64,000 nucleotides of DNA from Candidatus Heimdallarchaeota archaeon (GCA_011364965.1 RDOB01000005.1:32001-96000); one strand, 5' to 3'; positions 17,935 through 28,269 are shown, counted from the stretch's first letter. A program made the numbers and translations. The notes: generated by a model from the sequence alone, not told the origin.

Positions 17935-19185
17935 ATGACTTCTGAAGTAATTGATGATTCAATAACACCTCCAGTTGAGCAAATTCCAGATTTTACACGC
18001 GATTTACTTGCTCTTGTTGGCACTACAATAATTGTATTTCTTATATGGCTTCTATTCTTTGATTTCTATTACGCTATCTTATCACTGGAACTCGTGGGGA
18101 TTATTATTCTCTTTGTAGTGATGATGTTATTGCTACCTTATTCAATGGCTCTCGTGGGAAAATGGTTTGAAATTTGGGCTTATCAGGCTGTATCATGGAA
18201 ATATGGTATGCAGTACATGAACTATAAAAAGAAATGTCCATTTTTGCAGAGAAAGCGTTTAACATTTTCCTGCAAAGCGGAACAGCTAGCCCCTTTTGAT
18301 GTTCCGGCCTTTGAAAAATGTCATAATAAGAAATTATGGGAATTATGCTGGCCTGACCGCGTACCATCTATTATAGAAACATTTGATTCAGTTCCACCTA
18401 AGAAGCAACAGGAATTGTCGTATTTATTAGGCGGTATGAAGGATAAAGCAAATCTTGCAAGTAATAAAATGAATGAAGTACTTTCAGACTTTAATCGAGA
18501 AATCGAAACTCGATTAGCTGCAGGATATTCGTTATCTGAGATGAAGGAAGAATCTGCAATCGCTTCTCTTATATCAATGCTTGGAAATTCTAATCAAAGA
18601 ACTGAGCAGACCATCCGTGCTATTATAGCGCGATATGGGGATCTTGCAAGTCCTTATTTGATTCAAGCAATGCAGGATTGCGATTCTGATCAAAGATGTG
18701 GAGCTATTATAGAAATCATGGGGAAAATCGGGAATGAGAACTTCTTACCAACTTTGGAAGGAGTTCTAAAAAACGAAAACACTGGAGAATATTCTAGGCT
18801 TACAGCCTACTTTGCACTCCAAGCTCTTGGTACCAAGGAATCGTATCAAATAATTGTGAATTCATTAGATTACGCGTCAGATGAAGATTGGTTAACCGCA
18901 AAACAAGTTTGCCATTCAAAAAAATTAATATCTTTCCCTTTATTGATAGATCTTCTCTCTAATCAAGAGATTTCACAGCAGTTCTATGAAAGAATCGGCG
19001 ATATTCTTGCTGATGTTGATGTTCCAACCTACAATAAATTATTCGCGAAGTTTTCCGAAACAGAAGGGATAGAGCGTACTCGAAATCTAGCTAGAATATT
19101 AAAGGAACATACTCCAGAGGAAGAAGAATTTCAAAAACTTCATAGCGTATTGAATAATATAATAAATTCCCCTTTAATTCCTTAA
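17935..19185 (+). CDS. Membrane-anchored HEAT-repeat protein with Cys cluster
   Basis: Two N-terminal TM helices, C..C..C..C segment, PBS-lyase-type HEAT repeats (RLAAGYSLSEM, AIIEIMGKIG, AYFALQALG). Confidence 0.75.
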   Translation: MTSEVIDDSITPPVEQIPDFTRDLLALVGTTIIVFLIWLLFFDFYYAILSLELVGIIILFVVMMLLLPYSMALVGKWFEIWAYQAVSWKYGMQYMNYKKKCPFLQRKRLTFSCKAEQLAPFDVPAFEKCHNKKLWELCWPDRVPSIIETFDSVPPKKQQELSYLLGGMKDKANLASNKMNEVLSDFNREIETRLAAGYSLSEMKEESAIASLISMLGNSNQRTEQTIRAIIARYGDLASPYLIQAMQDCDSDQRCGAIIEIMGKIGNENFLPTLEGVLKNENTGEYSRLTAYFALQALGTKESYQIIVNSLDYASDEDWLTAKQVCHSKKLISFPLLIDLLSNQEISQQFYERIGDILADVDVPTYNKLFAKFSETEGIERTRNLARILKEHTPEEEEFQKLHSVLNNIINSPLIP

Positions 19186-19192
19186 GGGGATT

Positions 19193-19390
19193 TTATTGTG
19201 TCATTAGCACTCTCCATCCTAATTCCTGTAAATTTATAATGAAGTCTAGGATGAAAGGTTGAATTATTGGTGAAACATCCTCAAAAGAATTAAGTTTTCT
19301 ATCATTTATCCAAATTTCAATAGAATGATTTGGGAATTGTATTGTTTTCAATTTAATTGGTAGATGATAATTTCGAAGCATTTTGTCCAC
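19193..19390 (-). CDS. Small hypothetical protein
   Basis: 65-aa ORF in an intergenic gap with no overlap; no motif. Confidence 0.35.
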   Translation of the reverse strand: MDKMLRNYHLPIKLKTIQFPNHSIEIWINDRKLNSFEDVSPIIQPFILDFIINLQELGWRVLMTQ

Positions 19391-19740
19391 TAAGAAGGAA
19401 GAAGAACTTAAATAAATATAAATATAAAGAAGACACTGCCTTTTAAAATTTAAATTCGTATCTTTATCTCATCTTAGCAATTGAACTCAAAAAATGAATT
19501 ATTTTTTATTTCCATTTCAGAGGAGATAAACTTTCTAAGGGAGGATTACAATCTTTGAGAATAAGACATTATAATATTTATATTGTCGGATATTTAAGGA
19601 TTTGACGAAGTATATTATTAACTCCAATCGATTTGCTTTAAAATGGTTTAATTACTAAAAAATGAAATCATTAGTCTAAAACAACTCTTTCATTCGCTTT
19701 AATAGTTAAATAAAATAAGTTTATGAAAAAGGGATCCAAT

Positions 19741-20448
19741 ATGACTGCTACCATAATTTTATTTGAATCAGCACTCGAATTAATACCAGAACACTTACGT
19801 TCTCATCCTCTCATAAAAAAAGAATGGAAAAAAGGAGTGAAAGAGAAAAATAAAGGAATACTGCTTGATGGTGCGATCCATCGTCCTTTGTTTGAATTAC
19901 TTGAAGATAAGAATAAAAGGGGTAGGCCTGATATAATCCATCAAACTTTGCTCAATGTTGTTTATTCTTCCTTATTTGCAACTTCCAAGCTAAAAGTGAT
20001 TGTTCATACAAGAAATAACCTCACTATTGAAATTCCTAATGATTGGCGTATTCCTGTTAATTATAATAGATTTTGTGGTCTTTTTTCCCAATTATTACTT
20101 AATAATCGAGTTCCATTAGACGGAATGCCCATCCTGGAAACTCAAAAGAACTCTCTTGGAAAATTATTAGATAGCTTAACGCCTACCCAGGTATACTTGT
20201 GTGAGCTTCAAACTACCAACAATTCTCTACCTCAAATCCATTCTTCCATTCGAAATCCGAAAGATTCAATATTCTTAATCGGAGGGTTTCAGGAGGGACA
20301 ACCGAGTGCAGAAACGTACAAAACACTTCATTCTTTCGATTCCATTAAGGTTTTATCGTTATATCCTGATATCAAGCCAACTTGGATAATTGCAGGGAAA
20401 TTGGTTTTTTTATTAGAATCAGGTGAGAATCAGTGGCAATTCTTGTGA
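19741..20448 (+). CDS. nep1: rRNA small subunit pseudouridine methyltransferase Nep1/Emg1
   Basis: ESALELIP, RGRPDIIHQTLL, RIPVNYNRFCGLFSQLL, IGGF; start 19741 or 19723. Confidence 0.92.
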   Translation: MTATIILFESALELIPEHLRSHPLIKKEWKKGVKEKNKGILLDGAIHRPLFELLEDKNKRGRPDIIHQTLLNVVYSSLFATSKLKVIVHTRNNLTIEIPNDWRIPVNYNRFCGLFSQLLLNNRVPLDGMPILETQKNSLGKLLDSLTPTQVYLCELQTTNNSLPQIHSSIRNPKDSIFLIGGFQEGQPSAETYKTLHSFDSIKVLSLYPDIKPTWIIAGKLVFLLESGENQWQFL

Positions 20449-20960
20449 TCATAACTAGCAAGAACCCAGTTAAAATCGAAGCAACTGAAAGAGCATTCTT
20501 GCATTTTTTTAAAGCAGTTGAATTTAAGTACTGTGACCCTAATATACTTTCACAGCCGATTGGGGAGAACGAGACTTATATTACATCAAGAAATCGTGTG
20601 AAACAAGCGCAACAGTTACTTCCAGGAGCTGATTTTTATGTTGGGATCGAAGGAGGTATTTCGTTAAATTTCTTTGATGTTCCTCGTATAATAGTATATT
20701 GTACTGTTGCCAACCATTCTCGCGTTGAAACAGTAAGAGGTTGTGAGATCCCCTTAGCTGAGAACTGGTATACCTCATTATTAAGAGGAAACCATAAAGA
20801 ACTTGGTGATTTGGTTGATGAGGTTGGTGGTTTTATCAACATAAAGCAAAAAGAAGGTGCAATTGGGTATTTAACTGGAAATTATGTGAAGAGAGTGGAT
20901 ATATTAACACACGGGGTTGCAGCTGCCCTAATCCCTTATGTAAATCCCGATATTTTTTGA
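20433..20960 (+). CDS. yjjX: Non-canonical purine NTP phosphatase (YjjX/NTPase_I-T)
   Basis: TSKNPVK, SQPIG, VGIEGG, ELG, KQKEGAIGYLT. Confidence 0.9.
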   Translation: MAILVIITSKNPVKIEATERAFLHFFKAVEFKYCDPNILSQPIGENETYITSRNRVKQAQQLLPGADFYVGIEGGISLNFFDVPRIIVYCTVANHSRVETVRGCEIPLAENWYTSLLRGNHKELGDLVDEVGGFINIKQKEGAIGYLTGNYVKRVDILTHGVAAALIPYVNPDIF

Positions 20961-21020
20961 GTTTAGCACAAATAAATCCAAGAAAAGAAGGATAGGGAGG
21001 TTTTTAAACTGAATCAATTC

Positions 21021-21575
21021 ATGTTTTTTTGTGAAGTGAATCACTTGATACCATCCATTCGACCATTCAAAGACCAAGTAGAGGCGCCTAAACAAATTGA
21101 GCAAATTAAACATTGGTTGGATTTATTAGGTCTAGAATATGTCATTTTAACGCATGAGGGTTATGGAGGATTTAATTTTCTTATACCCTTGAAAAATTGC
21201 CCCGATATTCATGTTGCATTGGACAGTAACCTGAACCACATCTCTTTCTTTTCTAATGGATTAACCCGCTTATCTGGAGAACCTCAGGAAACCCTTATTC
21301 CATTTTTATTAGATCTTTTAAGATTACAAGGGCAATATTTTACATCTAGACTCATAAGTACTGGTTCAAACGATGAGTTACGCTTATTTATTGGTTTCCG
21401 GTTTGATGAGATGTCAATGTACCGTTTTTCTCGTAAATTGCGGGAATTGATGCAATTTGTGAAAGAAATAGCAAAATTGATAGATCACCATAAAATGAAC
21501 GAACTTTGGCGTGATACAGAACAAGAGCCAAAATTCCCCGAAATTGACGTTCGTGAAAGAGTTAGATTTTTATAA
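21021..21575 (+). CDS. Hypothetical protein, possible YbjN/T3SS-chaperone-like fold
   Basis: Helix - 3 strands - helix (FLLDLLRL) - strands - helix pattern; weak. Confidence 0.6.
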   Translation: MFFCEVNHLIPSIRPFKDQVEAPKQIEQIKHWLDLLGLEYVILTHEGYGGFNFLIPLKNCPDIHVALDSNLNHISFFSNGLTRLSGEPQETLIPFLLDLLRLQGQYFTSRLISTGSNDELRLFIGFRFDEMSMYRFSRKLRELMQFVKEIAKLIDHHKMNELWRDTEQEPKFPEIDVRERVRFL

Positions 21576-21706
21576 ACGCTTTAATCTTTTCAGTAAGTCA
21601 CTTCTTTATTCTTATCAAATATCACGTAATCTTAAAAATAGTGTAGAGTAGAACACTTCCATTAGACCTTTGATTCTGAAGAAGATTAAAGGAGCATTAT
21701 GAGGAA

Positions 21707-22177
21707 ATGGTAAATAGATCTAATGAAGCAAAAAAGCCTGATTCGCTAAAAGAAATCCTTGCTTCTCTTGAAGTAACTGCACAGGTGAGACCCGAAATAG
21801 AAAAATATACCACTAGCCTATCAGAAAGGTTACTTAACCTCACACGAGATTATTACGCCTCGTTGATTTTTCTTTTCACCTCTCCTTTATCATTCCACAA
21901 AAGGTTGATACTCATGAAGTTAATTTCAATTTATCCTCAAGGAAGTTCGGGTATTGATTTAGCTAGAGCCCTGGGAATATCTGAAAAATCGAAATCCATC
22001 TATAAAGATTTGGCAGCATTGGAGGAGGAAGGATTAATCTCTCTTGATGAAATTCATGCTCGATTAAAATTAGCTTACGCAAATCCTAGTAATCGTCTTA
22101 TCAATAGACTTATTGAACTAGTGCAACTGCATGGAACTGATCTGCATCTGTTACTCTCGGAAAATGGAGGTTTATAG
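21707..22177 (+). CDS. Winged-helix DNA-binding protein
   Basis: KRLILMKL...SGIDLARALGIS..SIYKDLAALEEEGLI. Confidence 0.8.
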   Translation: MVNRSNEAKKPDSLKEILASLEVTAQVRPEIEKYTTSLSERLLNLTRDYYASLIFLFTSPLSFHKRLILMKLISIYPQGSSGIDLARALGISEKSKSIYKDLAALEEEGLISLDEIHARLKLAYANPSNRLINRLIELVQLHGTDLHLLLSENGGL

Positions 22178-22178
22178 T

Positions 22179-22793
22179 ATGTTATTATTGCCCTTGAAGA
22201 AAATCTGGTATATTCATGTAATCATCATAAGCTCCATTTTAGTCCTGATAGCTTCTATAGGTCTCATAACAATTCAACTCCTAGTTAATACAAATCCAGA
22301 TTTTAGATATGCTACAAGTGAGCAATTTATAGATGACCTTACTCATAAATCTTTGATTCATAGATTTATTATTTTTCCTCAAGAGGGAATCATTTTTCTT
22401 TTTATTGTTAGTTTGGTAATATTAGGAGGAATACTATTTATTTGGACCCCTAATCTAACAGCATTGGGAGTTAGAGGAGAAACAGTGAAAATGATATGGG
22501 ATTATAATCGGTTTCATATCCCAGAAAGACAACTTCTGATTGATACCCCAACTGGGAAAATCTGTGTCCGACGTAAACATTCTTCTTTAAAAGGCGTATT
22601 TTCTCAAGAATATATTCTAGAGCTTTCCATTGCTAAAGATGATTCTGTTTCATCCTTCATATCAGATTTTGGAGGAAAATTCGAATGTACGGAGACCTCG
22701 ACTCATATTATTTTGACATCAACGGTTAAATTTGAGTATTTGCCTTTGAAAATATTCCAAATCCGAGCTTTACTTGCTGCTTTCATTAAATAA
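22179..22793 (+). CDS. Hypothetical membrane protein (2 TM)
   Basis: ATG 22179 after GGAGG, 1 nt after the wHTH stop; two hydrophobic segments. Confidence 0.7.
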   Translation: MLLLPLKKIWYIHVIIISSILVLIASIGLITIQLLVNTNPDFRYATSEQFIDDLTHKSLIHRFIIFPQEGIIFLFIVSLVILGGILFIWTPNLTALGVRGETVKMIWDYNRFHIPERQLLIDTPTGKICVRRKHSSLKGVFSQEYILELSIAKDDSVSSFISDFGGKFECTETSTHIILTSTVKFEYLPLKIFQIRALLAAFIK

Positions 22794-22941
22794 ACCATCT
22801 ACTTTTACTTTGGCTGAATACGGCTACTAAATAATGTACTATTTGAAAATCATAAGTGTACACAGGTTGAATTTTTAAGCTTCCTGTGAAAGGGTTATAT
22901 AATGGTTTATTTTGAATTTTAAACGAAGTGTGAGTAACTAA

Positions 22942-23562
22942 TTGACACATATTACGGCCTATCAAGTTCAACAAGATGGAAATTGGGATCCAGTGAGTTT
23001 TTCTCAGAATGACCTTAGAGCTAGAGAGGTCTTCATCCTTGTGAACGAGGAAAGAAAAGAACTTTGGATTTGGATTGGCGATGGAGCTGATGTTCGAACC
23101 CGTTTTATCTCAAGTAATGTAGCAGCTGAAATTCGACGCTTATATGGTCTAACACTGCGTGTCCGGTCTGCAGATCAGAATTATGAACCTCAAGATTTTT
23201 GGAATTGCCTTGCTGAAATCCCCAAGGAGGGCTTGGGACCAGAAGTGAGTTCAGCTACCCCGAAATTATATTCTACTTTGACAACCGCGTCGAGAAAACC
23301 CCAAAAAGCTCCAACGAAGGAAAATAAGACGCCCACGTCCGCAAAACTAGACAAAAAAGTATCCTCTGAAAAACTAGAAGAAACTCCTTCTCCTTTAAAT
23401 GTAGCAAAATGTCCGAAATGTGTTGATGGATATCTTCTTCCTTATTCTCGAATAGTGAAAGTAACTGCAAGAAGATCAGAGATACTCCCGTATGCTTCCT
23501 GGCAATGCTCTTCTTGTGGATTTTCTCCCCAAAATCCTGAGGAAGAAAGCGAGTATGAATAA
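22942..23562 (+). CDS. Single-domain gelsolin-like protein with C-terminal Zn ribbon
   Basis: EVFILVNEERKELWIWIGDGA...DQNYEPQDFW (gelsolin signature); T/P/K linker; CPKC...CSSC; TTG start. Confidence 0.8.
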   Translation: MTHITAYQVQQDGNWDPVSFSQNDLRAREVFILVNEERKELWIWIGDGADVRTRFISSNVAAEIRRLYGLTLRVRSADQNYEPQDFWNCLAEIPKEGLGPEVSSATPKLYSTLTTASRKPQKAPTKENKTPTSAKLDKKVSSEKLEETPSPLNVAKCPKCVDGYLLPYSRIVKVTARRSEILPYASWQCSSCGFSPQNPEEESEYE

Positions 23563-23575
23563 TATTTCCGATTTA

Positions 23576-24235
23576 CTACTCTTTAGATGTTTTTAATAAC
23601 TCATCAAGCTGCTTACGCTTTTCTTCTGGCATCTCTTCCATAGCTTTTTGTTGTTGTTCTAGTAAGTTTTGCATAAATAAAGAATATAACAACGGTAAGG
23701 TCATTTGATTTTCTAGCCTAGCTTCCCAGTCCATTCGTGCCCAATCACGGTCTTGAATGAGTTTTTCTTTTGTCATTGTGCCATTTCCGAGACCAGGAAC
23801 GCTTTTATCTTTTATATAGTAATTCTGTCCGTTGTAACCTAGAGGAAAAGCTTTACATTCATGAGGCATCGAATGGTATATATTACATAATTTATTTTCA
23901 TTATCATACATTGGACATCCCTTTTCTTGTCCCACCAGACCCAGAGCTAACAATTCCTGAGGTTTATCTCCCTCTTTTCTTTGAATTGTGCGAAATTTAA
24001 GGTAAGGGAATACTGAATTAATAATACCTGAATGAGTCCAATTCCTAATATCTGATAAGGTTACTGGAACAATTTCTCGCTTTTCGCAACATTGGCCGCA
24101 CTTCGTGCAGTTGAAAACATACTTCTTTTTTTGTTCTCCCTTCTCTTCAGATGTAGTAGATTCTTGAGTTTTTTCTTCTTTGTTGTTCGATTCTGCTTCT
24201 CTTATCTCTTCGGGATTTTTCTCATTATCAGTCAT
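23576..24235 (-). CDS. YkgJ family cysteine-cluster (CxxCxxCC) protein
   Basis: FNCTKCGQCC, CPMYD, LCNIYHSMPHECKAFP. Confidence 0.9.
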   Translation of the reverse strand: MTDNEKNPEEIREAESNNKEEKTQESTTSEEKGEQKKKYVFNCTKCGQCCEKREIVPVTLSDIRNWTHSGIINSVFPYLKFRTIQRKEGDKPQELLALGLVGQEKGCPMYDNENKLCNIYHSMPHECKAFPLGYNGQNYYIKDKSVPGLGNGTMTKEKLIQDRDWARMDWEARLENQMTLPLLYSLFMQNLLEQQQKAMEEMPEEKRKQLDELLKTSKE

Positions 24236-24316
24236 ATGGGTACATCTCCATTGAGGCGGGAATTATTCATTATTTGATAGATTTTTCGAATTATATTCTC
24301 TTTCGTGGATTTCAAA

Positions 24317-25105
24317 TTACATGCTTTGTTTAGCAATAAGAGCTGCTGTTGCTCCTGCATTTATACCATTATCAATATTGACTACAACTAGTCCTGGGGA
24401 ACAGCTCTGAAGCATTGTCATCAAGGCTCCTACACCTTTTCCTCCGTATCCGTATCCTGTGGAAGAAGGGACGCCAATAACTGGTATATCAACAAGTCCT
24501 GAAACAATGGTTGGCAAGGCGCCTTCCATTCCAGCAATAACTACGATCGCACTTACTTTTTCAGTTATCATTTTTTTTAGCGGATTGAATAAACGATGAA
24601 CTCCTGCAACTCCGACATCATTAAACTGGACAACAGAAACTCCCATTAGCTTTGATATACCTTTTACTTCTTCTGCGATTGGAATATCCGATGTTCCTGC
24701 AGTTAAAAGACCGATTTTCTTTTCTGACATTGGAAATATATGACCTTTATTCGCAATTATTACAGTATATGGTTCAAATTTAGGAGCAATATGTAAATCA
24801 TATTTTTCGATTGGGAGATTGTTTTTAATCGCTTCGATATGTTCAGATAAAACACGTGAGAGTAGAACTGCAGGTTCTGTTGTTAATACTCTATTCACTA
24901 TATTTATTACAGTATTCGGAGGCTTTTTTTCTGCATATATGACTTCAGGAATACCTTTTCGAACAGATCGTGCAATATCGACTTGTGCTTCTTCCTCGAC
25001 GAATTCAAGTCTGAAAAGCCTCAGTTCTAACTTAGCTTCATCAAAACTAATTTTTCCTTCTTCGAGGTCTCTTAGGATTGATTCTAAATCACGCATTTTA
25101 CTCAT
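24317..25105 (-). CDS. larB: Nickel pincer cofactor biosynthesis protein LarB
   Basis: RKGIPEVIYAEKK, TAGTSDIPIAEE, DVGVAGVHRL, AGMEGALP, GVPSSTGYG, VVNIDNG. Confidence 0.94.
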   Translation of the reverse strand: MSKMRDLESILRDLEEGKISFDEAKLELRLFRLEFVEEEAQVDIARSVRKGIPEVIYAEKKPPNTVINIVNRVLTTEPAVLLSRVLSEHIEAIKNNLPIEKYDLHIAPKFEPYTVIIANKGHIFPMSEKKIGLLTAGTSDIPIAEEVKGISKLMGVSVVQFNDVGVAGVHRLFNPLKKMITEKVSAIVVIAGMEGALPTIVSGLVDIPVIGVPSSTGYGYGGKGVGALMTMLQSCSPGLVVVNIDNGINAGATAALIAKQSM

Positions 25106-26330
25106 CTCTATTACTAAGCTCAGAATAGATTAATTTCCTTGCCTCTTTTAATGTAAGCTTTTTTTTCTTGGCGATTCGTTTGATATCTTCGTATTCTACC
25201 TTTTCAGAGACAACATTCTTCCCTAAAAGGCCTAGTTTAAGATGAATCATTTCAGTTTTATTATCAATACTAACTGATTTTTTTTGGATGTCTCGGGGGA
25301 TTACATGTCGTGAACTAGTTGAAATCCTAATACCTAAAGTTCCAAGTTCTTCAACAAGCGTCCTGATTACTTTTTCAGCATTTTCGGGTAATACAATTGC
25401 TTTTATCAAAAAACCAGGCCGATTTTTCTTTGTTATGGTATTCACAATTGAGAGATCCAAAACTAGCTGTTTGTCATATAAAAGCTCGAATAAATATCCA
25501 AGTATCTCCCCATCAACATCATCTACGTTTGTTTCAATTATCTTTACTTCATCATGAATGAAAGATTCAGGAGGTTCCCCAATTAGTACTCGTAAACCTG
25601 AAACACCTTTATTATCAAAATATTTAGTTCCATAACTTAACCCAGATTGTTTTATTCGCATTATCGGTAAAAAAAGTTCAGATTTGCTATTTAATGTCGA
25701 TAGAATAGCAGCTCCTGTCGGAGTGAACAATTCATTCTCAATTGGACCTCCTTTAACATATAAATTGCTTTTTTTGAGAATCGAGATCGTCGCTGGTGTA
25801 GGAACTCCAGTTGCACCATGTGAAATTGTTATCGTCCCTCCTCCTACAGCTATTGGTAGAATTATTGTCTTAAATTTCACAAGGTCTAATTCTTGATAAA
25901 GATATGCGAAGCCTAATAGATCGAACATTGTATCTAAAGTCGCAAGTTCATGCAGATGAAGAGTAGAATTTTCGTTTTTAATATTGTGTACTTCTTTTTC
26001 GGCCTCTACAATGCAATTAAAGGCGGTTTCGGCGAGAGATTGACTATATGAATTAAGAGATAATTTCTGACTGAGTTCAGGGATAAATTCCTTTAATTTC
26101 TCAATAGAAAACCTTTTTTTAGCCTCTGTAATCATTTGTATTCCAGAAATGCCATTTTTTTCAACCAAATGCCATTCACAATTAAAATCTGGGTCTAATC
26201 TTGAAAGATGTTCATTAAAGGTATTACAAAAGTTATCACGAAAAGACATATTTTTAAAATTCAAAAAAGCAGCGATTAACATATCGCCTGCGACTCCTGA
26301 GGAGCTAGCGTCAATGACTAAAAAAGACAT
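25098..26330 (-). CDS. larC: Nickel insertion protein LarC
   Basis: SGVAGDM, AEKEVH, LHLHE, HGATGVPTPAT, ELFTPTGAAIL, ETNVDDVDGE, KKNRPG, GTLGIR, EYEDI. Confidence 0.94.
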   Translation of the reverse strand: MSFLVIDASSSGVAGDMLIAAFLNFKNMSFRDNFCNTFNEHLSRLDPDFNCEWHLVEKNGISGIQMITEAKKRFSIEKLKEFIPELSQKLSLNSYSQSLAETAFNCIVEAEKEVHNIKNENSTLHLHELATLDTMFDLLGFAYLYQELDLVKFKTIILPIAVGGGTITISHGATGVPTPATISILKKSNLYVKGGPIENELFTPTGAAILSTLNSKSELFLPIMRIKQSGLSYGTKYFDNKGVSGLRVLIGEPPESFIHDEVKIIETNVDDVDGEILGYLFELLYDKQLVLDLSIVNTITKKNRPGFLIKAIVLPENAEKVIRTLVEELGTLGIRISTSSRHVIPRDIQKKSVSIDNKTEMIHLKLGLLGKNVVSEKVEYEDIKRIAKKKKLTLKEARKLIYSELSNRDE

Positions 26331-26511
26331 ATGATAATCCCCTAATATAAGTTAGTTTTACGTCAGAATATCAATATTTATTATAGATCATGTTATAAAC
26401 ATTAAATGTTAATTTACTTTCAATATAAATGGGTTATTGATACGAATAAGTTAAAAAAACTGTAATTCTTTTATTAAGACATTATACAGGGATTAGAAGA
26501 GGAAGAAATAT

Positions 26512-27240
26512 TTGATTGGTATTAACATTATAACTAAGGAAGGATTACTCCTCTTCTCTCATTTCTTCATACCAGCTTTCTCTGATGTTGATGAAGACTT
26601 GCGTGCCGGATTGATGACTGCAGTTTTAAATGCAATGAAGGAAACACAGGGAGATAAAGGGATTAAAGTTATTGATCAGGGTGGTTACTTCGTTCATATT
26701 GTAGAAGGGAAATTGACATATGGTTTGCTTTTTTCTCAAGAGAATGCTCAAACAGAATACAGATTTGCTGATTCCATCGTTAAACGATTTGAAGCCCTTT
26801 TTGGCGATCGCGTAGCTAATCAAGTATCTTTTGTTGAAACAGAATTTACGGAATTCTCAAAATATGTTAAGACAGAATACAACAAATTAATGCAAATTGA
26901 TGTTGTTGCTCTCTCAGAAATGATAGCAACTATGAATTCCTCCTTCTTTACGGACTATATTATCTTAGAAAAGCCGAATCTGCATCAAGTTTTTACTACA
27001 ACGTCTTCTTATCCTGATATTCATCCCTATGCAAATCAAATTGGAACGATGTGTAAAAATCTTGTTGAATCGAGTATAGAGATCGGTCAGGAAGTTACTC
27101 AAATACAATTTAATCTTGGGGGGAAATATCTAGTTATTGTTGAACGATTCAGAAAATACCTCGTTATTTTGATTATTCTACGTAAAGATCATGAAAAAGC
27201 GTTAAAGGAGATTCTACGGATACGGAATAAAATTACTTAA
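26512..27240 (+). CDS. Longin-like domain protein, paralogue A
   Basis: INIITKEGLLLFSH / DEDLRAGLMTAV / KRFE longin pattern plus a second alpha/beta domain. Confidence 0.75.
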   Translation: MIGINIITKEGLLLFSHFFIPAFSDVDEDLRAGLMTAVLNAMKETQGDKGIKVIDQGGYFVHIVEGKLTYGLLFSQENAQTEYRFADSIVKRFEALFGDRVANQVSFVETEFTEFSKYVKTEYNKLMQIDVVALSEMIATMNSSFFTDYIILEKPNLHQVFTTTSSYPDIHPYANQIGTMCKNLVESSIEIGQEVTQIQFNLGGKYLVIVERFRKYLVILIILRKDHEKALKEILRIRNKIT

Positions 27241-27980
27241 GTTTGACATACTTCCATGATATTTTTCTGAATCCGTACAAGTTCTTTTTTCACTATATCC
27301 TTTTTGGATTGATTTTCTGGTAGAATTACTACGACGGAATGTGAGGCGGCTACTATTGCATGAAGATGGATTTCTTCAAAACTAATATCACTCAATATGT
27401 GCTCCTGGTTGATTTTTGAACCGAATTCAACTATTCCTCTAAAGATTTGAGTTAATTGATTTGCATATGAACTGATAACTGGATCAACAACACTCATGAA
27501 TACAGGATTAAAAAATTTGTCTTCATATATTATATAATCAGAAATAGAGGAGCGTTGCATTATCTCTAGGATTTTACCCACTTTAGAAATATCAATATTT
27601 AATAAAGCAGAATATTCCTTAGTTACAACTTCTCTAAAGTCTTCAAAATCTTTACGATTGAAAATTATTCCTTTGTGAAGTTCATATGTGTACATTAATT
27701 CGAATCTCAACACAATTTTGCGGATAAATCCATGAAGGGTAGGATCATCTTTAGTAGTTGTTAAAATCCCATATGTTAGAACTCCTTCATAAAGCACTAA
27801 ATGGTAATCTTTATGCTTAATAGAGCTGATTGATTCTCCTTGTGTTTCACGAAGTACATTTAATACTGCAGTGAGAAGCCCTGCTCGCATATCCCTATCT
27901 TCTTCTTGTAAATTAACTCCTGAGAATGGATGAGAAAAAACCAGAATTCCATTCTTCGTGATGATGTTTAATTCGAGCAC
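27237..27980 (-). CDS. Longin-like domain protein, paralogue B
   Basis: LNIITKNGILVFSH / DRDMRAGLLTAV / LRFE; colinear with paralogue A. Confidence 0.75.
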   Translation of the reverse strand: MLELNIITKNGILVFSHPFSGVNLQEEDRDMRAGLLTAVLNVLRETQGESISSIKHKDYHLVLYEGVLTYGILTTTKDDPTLHGFIRKIVLRFELMYTYELHKGIIFNRKDFEDFREVVTKEYSALLNIDISKVGKILEIMQRSSISDYIIYEDKFFNPVFMSVVDPVISSYANQLTQIFRGIVEFGSKINQEHILSDISFEEIHLHAIVAASHSVVVILPENQSKKDIVKKELVRIQKNIMEVCQT

Positions 27981-28269
27981 AATTATTTACCCTCTGCGAG
28001 AAGGTGGATATCAGGGATATAAATAGTGTAACTTTCAGAAAGTGGTGTGTGTTCAGTAATAGTACCATGGGATTAATGAGTCAAAACCTTTCTCAAATTA
28101 CAATATATCTCTCGATTTATTGTATCTTAAAGATTTCAGAATATATCAAATTGATTTTTAATGTAAAATTGCTTCAATTTTTGTTTTAATGTATCTTAAG
28201 GGTCTTTAATCCGACTTTTCACACATAAACCGCATTAATTTTGTATTGAATAAAAACTTACTAAATATC

